Shown here in pieces: positions 52,621 through 60,000 of a DNA stretch of 60,000 bases. This stretch comes from Malacoraja senta (lineage: Eukaryota), in NCBI GenBank assembly GCA_038087875.1, contig CM075995.1, positions 9,674,001-9,734,000 on the forward strand, in the 5' to 3' direction. Numbering within the stretch: position 1 is the stretch's first letter; each line of letters opens with the position of its first letter. The notes under the pieces were generated by a model, which worked only from the letters and a program-made list of their open reading frames with translations, searched no databases and was not told the origin of the DNA. The translations under genes were made by a program, and so were the position numbers.

Positions 52621-53239
52621 AGGAGGGGTGCTCACCTGCTGTGCTCTAGCCCTGTTTGAAGGGGGAGGGTCTCTGCTGAGACATATCGATGCAGGAATTG
52701 CCTTGGGACAGGCGGCTGATTGGTCTTTATGGAGTGGTTTTGGTTTGCACAGGGAGTCACAATTACCTCGGATGGTTCCTCGAGCTGAATCAGTGCAAAG
52801 GTGGCGAGGAAACTTTATCGACTCTTCCCACAATATGGGGGTCCCAGTCTGAGCAGACTTTTAAGAGATGCACCTTATTAATATTTGGATTAACAGCATT
52901 GTCTTTATTACAGTTCAATTGATAATTGCAGCATTTGTCTGATGACAGGCAGAAAAAGCTGGGCACGTTGTGGTCAGTGCATTCATCGAGAAGGTTTACA
53001 GTTGCGAGATTACAATCTTCCCAGGCTTCTGTGGGAGCTGGCAGCAGTGGTTTGGGATTAGTCCACCTTGCTCTGCAAAAAGCGACAGGACCATCCAGTG
53101 GAACGGCACACACAATCAAATCATTCCCATAAATAGATCCTTTAGTCCAAACATTTACACAACATTCCATCTGATCCATTTAAAATGCCAATATTATTTA
53201 AAACTCAGAGGAACTGAGGTGATGCAAAATTAAAATGAA

Positions 53240-53245
53240 TTTATT
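53240..53245 (-). promoter_or_regulatory. Candidate polyadenylation signal for plectin (alternative candidate at 50452-50457)
   Basis: AATAAA on the minus strand ~130 nt after the stop codon. Confidence 0.35.
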
Positions 53246-53376
53246 TGCACAACTTCCCGTAGTGATTCTGTTGCTCGCAGTTAAACTGCGACCGCTGGAG
53301 GTGTTTCTAGTTGCGGAGCAGGGTGGTGGGTCTGAGGTGGGGAGGCTGGCATTACATGATTGCCATCTCTGGCAAC

Positions 53377-56300
53377 CTACGCTGGGCTCTCTCCTTGACT
53401 GAAGAGGGACTGAGGGGCAGTCAGACTCAGTTCCTTGCCCCCAGGGATGCTGGCTGGCAGCCTCCGCCCATAGTTGGAGGACGTGTAGGAGGAGGAGGAG
53501 AAGGACATGGAGTAACCAGATCCAGTAGCGTCAACGCTCCCTCGTCTGGAGCCTGTTCTGGATCCTGTTTTAGAACCTGATCGTGACCCTGCAGAAGAAC
53601 CAGCCCCGCCCACGTTGTAGGGGCTGTAGTATCCTTTGGAGGATTGCGAAGAGGCTTCCAACAGGCGCAGACTAGATCCTTCCTCAACCATGGATCGATC
53701 CATTGCGTCCTTGTAGGAAATCTTCAGTTTGGTCTTGGGGCAAGTGATATATTTTGCATAGGCCCCGACATCCCTTAGCTTTTGTGCCGTGCGGGCATCA
53801 ATGGTGCCCTTCCCCAAAGCTTCATCCAAGGAAACCCGTCCAGACACGTCTGGTTCAATCAGTCCTCCGGTCAGGTACTGCACCTCCAGGAACCTCTGGC
53901 CAGCTTCATAGTACAACCAGCCTTTCTTCAAGGCCTGGGCAGCAGACATCTTCGACTTGGTTCTGGGGTCCTCAAACCCATGGAAAGCCTTCTGAGCCAG
54001 ATTGATCCTGTCCACCATAATCTTGTCGACCAGGTTTTGGCCCACAGCATCTGCGACCGAATACTTCTCACCAGTGTTGGGGTCGATGATTCCTCCAGTG
54101 CATGCCTGAGCTTCGAGCAGGCGTTGGCCAGTGATGTTGTCCACCAGGTTTCGGCGCATTGCTTCTGTGATGGAAACTTTTTCAAGGGTATCAGTGTCCA
54201 GGATGCCAGCAACTGGACCAGTTTCCTCCACTGGGTCACTCCAGGCAACCATGTGGCTTCTCATTGGGCTGGACTGTTGGCTTGTGTATGAAGATGAAGA
54301 TCCAACTGAGGAAGATCTCGAGCGGAATCCACTCATGTTTCCTGATAACATGTCAGCAAATTCAGTGATGGACAAAGCCCCTGAGCGGTACAGGTCAGAG
54401 ACCCTTGGTCAATCAAACCATTGGCCAAAGCATCATCAATGTCATATTGTTTCCCAGATCTTCTGTCCGTGATCATTGACTTTACAACACCATCTGATGA
54501 AGAGATTGTCACTTCCTCCATTCACACTCCTGCTCAGACAGATCGGTGTATGTCTGATGGTCAATCAGTCCTTTACGATAAGCCTCATACACGGACATTT
54601 CTTTGCCTGTCTCAGGATCTACAATCACTACCCTTCGCTTGCGGACTGAGGACTTGGAAGAAGTCTTCCTCTCTCGCTTCTTCTCCTTCAGTGGCAATAA
54701 GCAGAGTCCAGTGTCCGAATCCACCATACACCGCTCCATCAGCTGCAAGTAGGTGAGATTTTCCTCTGTGTTTGGATCAAAGAACCCTTTGGTATCATCA
54801 CCTGGATCTAAAAGTATCTTGTTCATCTCCACATCAAACAGCCCGCGCTCGTAGGCCATCTCTACCGGGAGACGATGACTGTGCTCAGGGTCAATGATAC
54901 CTCCTGTGGCGATCTGTGACTCCAGCAGGCGGATCCCATGGTCTTTCACAATTAAGCCTTTCTGCATAGCTTGGAAGAGAGACAGCAGCTTCCCTGAATA
55001 TGGGTCTTTGTAACCAGTGACGGCACGCTCTGCTGACATGAGCTTGTCTTTAAACTCTGCGCCCACCACTCCTGCCTTGACAGCCTCAGCAACAGTTAGC
55101 TTCAGGTTTTTGATCGGGTCAATCATATAGCCTGTTGCCGCTTGGGCCTCCAACAGTTCGAAGGCAGTCCCAGGTCTGATCATGCCCTTCTTCATAGCCC
55201 GGTAAATGGACAGTCTCTCCTTCGAGGCCTCAACAAACACTCCTGAAATACAACTGGTGCCTTCCAGATATTTCCTGATACTGTCACTAACTTCTTCCAC
55301 AGTGGTTTCACCTTGCTCCAGCCTCTGAGCTAAGGAACTTTCAATGATCTTTGATTCTATGAGTTGGTCCATGGTGATCTGTTTGCGTAGACCCTTGAAT
55401 ATTAACCGTTTCCTGTCGGTCAGGTTCAAAAGACGGTGGCCTGACTTTTCGTCAGTTTTGCACTTTGCCAGCAGCTGAGTGTAAGTTAACGGCTCGTCGG
55501 TGCTGGGGTCAAGGAATCCCTGTGTCCCTGAGGCTGGGTCTGTGATGAGGTTGTAGGTCTCACGGTCCAGGTAACCCCTTTGAAAGGCAACTTCCAGAGG
55601 CAGGTGATGGCTGTACTGCGGGTCGATGATTCCTCCTGTGGCCAGCTGAGCATCTAGCAACCGAACTGCGTATTCTTTCCCCAATCAGCCCTTTCCTCAT
55701 AGCCTGGAAGAGGGAGATGTTCTTGCCCGTGTACGGGTCCCGGTAGCCAGTGACAGCTCTCTCTGCCGACAGCAGCTTGTCGTGGAACTCAGGACCCACC
55801 ACGCCATCCCTAACAGCTTCGTCCACCGTCAGGCGCATATTCTTCACTGGATCCAGGATAAAGCCAGTCGCGGCCTGGGCCTCAAGCAGAGAAAGTGCCA
55901 CCTCTGATTTCACCCAGTCTTTCTTCATGGCTTGATACAGACTTGACACCTCCTTGACAGCAGCCTTGTATACGCCACTGACAGCACCTGTGCCAAACAG
56001 GAAAATCTTCACCTTCTCCATTTCACACACCTGCTGCACTGTCAGCTGCCTCTCCCTCAGTTTCCTGAGCGTCTCCTGATCAATAATTCCTGAGGCATAG
56101 AGATGATCTGCAGAGACGTTGCCCCGGAAGCTGTGGAAGCTGATCATCTCGTATCCATGGTAAATTTCTACACGCTCTATGATCTCTGATGATTATCAAC
56201 ACTAAACGCTCTCGGGTGAGCTTTCCCATTTGAAACTCTCTTGTCAGCCTGGCCCTCTCCTGCTCAGAGATGTATTCAGAATGTAAGATCTCCCACACTG

Positions 56301-59300
56301 ACATCGACCTCCCACCCAGAGCCCCTGAAGGAATTTCGACTTTTGTGTTCTCAAATTCCTTCTGCATTTGAGCCGCGCTGTAGACTGGGTTTTCAACAAC
56401 TCTGGGCTTCTCTCCATCCGTCATGGACAAGAGGTATAGACCACTTCCTGGATCAGAAATGCACCTATTCTTCAGTTGCAGATAGGTGACTTCTTCCGTA
56501 GTGTTGGGATCAATAAATCTCTTGGCATCATCTCGAGCATCACAGAAGCTTTGGTTCATCTCCACATCAAACATTCCCCGCTTGTAGGCCACGTCCATGG
56601 GCAGCCGATGGCTGGTGTTGGGGTCAATGATGCCACCAGATGCCACCTGTGCCTGCAGGAGCTGCACTCCATGGTCTTTGGGTACCAGTTCCTTTTCATT
56701 GCTTCAAACAAGGAGACCTTACGCCCGGTGTAAGGGTCCGCATATCCCGTTACCGCTTTCTCTGCAGCCAGTAGCTTCTCATGGAGTTCTGGCCCAACGA
56801 GTCCATCCTTCACTGCCTCATCGACGGTGAGGGTGCGATTCTGCACAGGATCCACGAGGAACCCAGTTGCTGCCTGAGCTTCCAGTAAGATCTCCGCTGT
56901 TCTTGGTCTCAGCAGGTTCTTCTTCATTGCTTCATAGAAGCTCATTGTCTCCTGGGTGGGCTCCACAAACACTCCAGCGATGCTCTCCGACCCCTGAAGG
57001 AATTTCCTGACTGACTCCAACTTGCTCACATCTTCAGGTGTTGCCTTTCCTTTCTGCAGTCCATCAAACGTCTTCTTGTTGATGATATGTGATTCGAACA
57101 ACTCGCTGGCAGGAACCCTGTCCCTTAGACCAGCGAAAGTAATTTGTGGTTTTCTCTTCACCTCACGTTCCTCAATGATTGTTACCACAATTGTAATGAT
57201 TTTCTCAACAGTTACTTTGCCTGACCTGTACTGTCGGATAAGGTCCCGGCGTTGATCTTCGGTGAAATATTCTGAATTGATCAACTCCCAGATTGTGACC
57301 GTTTTCCCAGAAAATTTTCCGGATGTGACATTCACCACAGCCTTTTGGAAAACGTCCTTTGTGACCTCCTCAGGGTGAAGGTCCACTCTCTTCACTGCTT
57401 CCTCTGTCAGGGGTAACAGGGAAAGGTTGGTCTCAGGGTCATTTCTGCATCTCTGCTTCAGCTGTTGGTAGGTGACATGTTCGTCTGTATTTGGTTCAAT
57501 GAAACCTTTAGTGTTCTCACTGGGAGTGGTCACCAACTGGTTCATCTCCTCATCAAACATTCCCCGCTTGTAGGCCACGTCCATGGGCAGCCGATGGCTG
57601 GTGTTGGGATCAATGATGCCACCAGATGCCACCTGTGCCTGCAGGAGCTGCACTCCATGATCTTTGGGTACCAGTTCCTTTCTCATTGCTTCAAACAAGG
57701 AGACCTTACGCCCGGTGTAAGGGTCCGTATATCCAGTTACCGCTTTCTCTGCAGCCAGTAGCTTCTCATGGAGTTCAGGCCCAACGAGTCCATCCTTCAC
57801 TGCCTCATCGACGGTGAGGGTGAGATTCTGCACAGGGTCAATGAGGAAACCTGTTGCTGCCTGAGCTTCCAGTAAGATCTCCGCTGTTCTTGGTCTCAGC
57901 AGGTTCTTCTTCATTGCTTCATAGAAGCTCATTGTCTCCTGGGTAGGCTCCACAAACACTCCAGCAATGCTCTCCGACCCCTGAAGGAATTTCCTCACCG
58001 ACTCCAACTTGCTTACATCTTCTGGTGTGGCCTTTCCTATCTGCAGTTCATCAAACGTCTTCTTGTCGATGATCTTCGATTCCAACAACTCGCTGGCAGG
58101 AACCTTGTCCCTTAGTCCGGGGAAGAGCAGCTGTGGTTTTTTCTTTGTTTCTTTCTCTTCAATCACCGTGATGACAATTCTGATAATCTTTTCCACTGTC
58201 ACCTTCCCTGACCGATACTGTCGAATCAGATCCTTCCTCTGCTCCTCGGTAAAGTACTCCGAATTAATAAGCTCCAAGATGCTGACAGTTTTCCCAGAGA
58301 AGATGCCAGCTGGAACAGACACTGTTGTCTTCCCAAAAGTATCTCTGGTCTGCTCTTCATCATAAACAGGTTTTGATGATATTGCTTTCTCACTCAACGG
58401 CAACAAGAGCTGACCTGACCCTGCATCCTTTCTGCACCTCTCCTTCAGCTGTTGGTAGCTGACGCTCTCATCCATGTTTGGATCATAGAAGCCCACCATG
58501 TTCTCACTGGGAGTGCTCACCAACAGGTTCATTTCCTCATCAAACATTCCCCGCTTGTAGGCCACGTCCATGGGCAGCCGATGGCTGGTGTTCGGATCAA
58601 TTATGCCACCAGATGCCACCTGAGCCTGCAGGAGCTGCACTCCATGGTCTTTGGGCACCAGATCCTTTCTCATTGCTACAAACAAGGAGACCTTACGGCC
58701 GGTGTAAGGGTCTGTATATCCCGTTACTGCTCTCTCCGCAGCCAGTAGCTTCTCGTGGAGTTCTGGCCCAACGAGTCCATCCTTCACTGCCTCATCGACG
58801 GTGAGGGTGAGATTCTGCACAGGGTCCACGAGGAACCCTGTTGCTGCCTGAGCTTCCAGTAAGATCTCCGCTGTTCTTGGTCTCAGCAGGTTCTTCTTCA
58901 TTGCTTCATAGAAGCTCATTGTCTCCTGGGTGGATTCCACAAACACTCCAGCAATGCTCTCCGACCCCTGAAGGAATTTCCTCACCGACTCCAACATGCT
59001 CACATATTCAGGTATTGTCTTTCCTTTCTGCAGTCCATCAAACGTCTTCTTGTTGATGATCTTCGATTCCAACAGCTCGCTGGCAGGAACCTTGTCCCGT
59101 AGTCCGGGGAAGAGCAGCTGCTTCTTGGTCTCAGTTTCATCAATGGTGGTAATGATGAATTTAATGATGTGTTCGATGGTGACCTTTCCTGACCTGTACT
59201 GCCACATTAGGTCCCGGCGTTGATCTTCGGTTATATACTCTGAGTTGATCAACTCCCAGATTGTCACGGTTTTCCCAGAGAATTTTCCAGATGGGACACT

Positions 59301-60000
59301 CACCACAGCCTTTTGGAAAATGTCCTTGGTGACCTCTTCTGGGTGAAGGTCTACTCTCTTCACTGCTTCCTCTGTCAGGGGTAACAGGGAAAGGTTGGTC
59401 TCAGGGTCATTTCTGCATCTCTGCTTCAGCTGTTGGTAGGTGACATGTTCGTCTGTATTTGGTTCAATGAAACCTTTAGTGTTCTCACTGGGAGTGGTCA
59501 CCAACTGGTTCATCTCCTCATCAAACATTCCCCGCTTGTAGGCCACGTCCATGGGCAGCCGATGGCTGGTGTTGGGATCAATGATGCCACCTGCTGCCAC
59601 CTGTGCCTGCAGGAGCTGAACTCCATGGTCTTTGGGTACCAGTTCCTTTCTCATTGCTTCAAACAAGGAGACCTTACGCCCGGTGTAAGGGTCCGCATAT
59701 CCCGTTACCGCTTTCTCCGCAGCCAGTAGCTTCTCATGGAGTTCTGGCCCAACGAGTCCATCCTTCACTGCCTCATCGACGGTGAGGGTGCGATTCTGCA
59801 CAGGGTCAACGAGGAACCCTGTTGCAGCCTGAGCTTCCAGTAAGATCTCCGCTGTTCTTGGTCTCAGCAGGTTCTTCTTCATTGCTTCATAGAAGCTCAT
59901 TGTCTCCTGGGTGGGTTCCACAAACACTCCAGCGATGCTCTCCGACCCCTGGAGGAATTTCCTCACCGATTCCAACTTGCTCACATCTTCAGATGTTGCC
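53377..60000 (-). CDS. plec: Plectin terminal coding exon (plakin-repeat domains, IF-binding linker, Ser-rich tail); continues beyond the window; five 1-bp frameshifts
   Basis: Repeated LLEAQAATG..DP and GYxDPYTG; plectin-specific linker KKRERKTSSKSSVRKRRVVIVDPETGKEMSVYEAY; last PRD WLYYEAGQRFLEVQYLTGGL; tail GSRSGSKTGSRTGSRRGS. Confidence 0.92.

Noticed and set aside
53782..59785. Plus-strand ORFs overlapping plectin
   Set aside because: Antisense shadows of the repeated coding sequence
53377..60000. Epiplakin or desmoplakin as the gene identity
   Set aside because: The KTSSKSSVRKRR linker, the C-type last repeat and the GSRRGSxDATGSG tail are plectin-specific

Overview
Vertebrate genomic DNA, most likely from a cartilaginous fish such as a skate or ray (inferred from the CR1, Penelope and Helitron repeat families). 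The only recognisable host gene is the 3' coding end of plectin on the minus strand (about 53.4-60 kb). It has an expanded, homogenised array of plakin-repeat domains and five 1-bp frameshifts, probably assembly errors. The remaining ~53 kb is densely nested transposon sequence: a decayed autonomous Helitron carrying a MITE, a CR1 and a structurally complete DIRS1-like element; a chain of non-autonomous Helitrons joined head-to-tail; two Gypsy (Mag-like) LTR elements, one in tandem; RTEX, CR1, L2, Rex-Babar and Tx1 LINE pieces; palindromic Penelope-derived elements, one with a minimal hammerhead ribozyme core; hAT and Harbinger MITEs; many micro- and minisatellites; and a 200-N gap. TE family names come from motif recognition only, with no database search.
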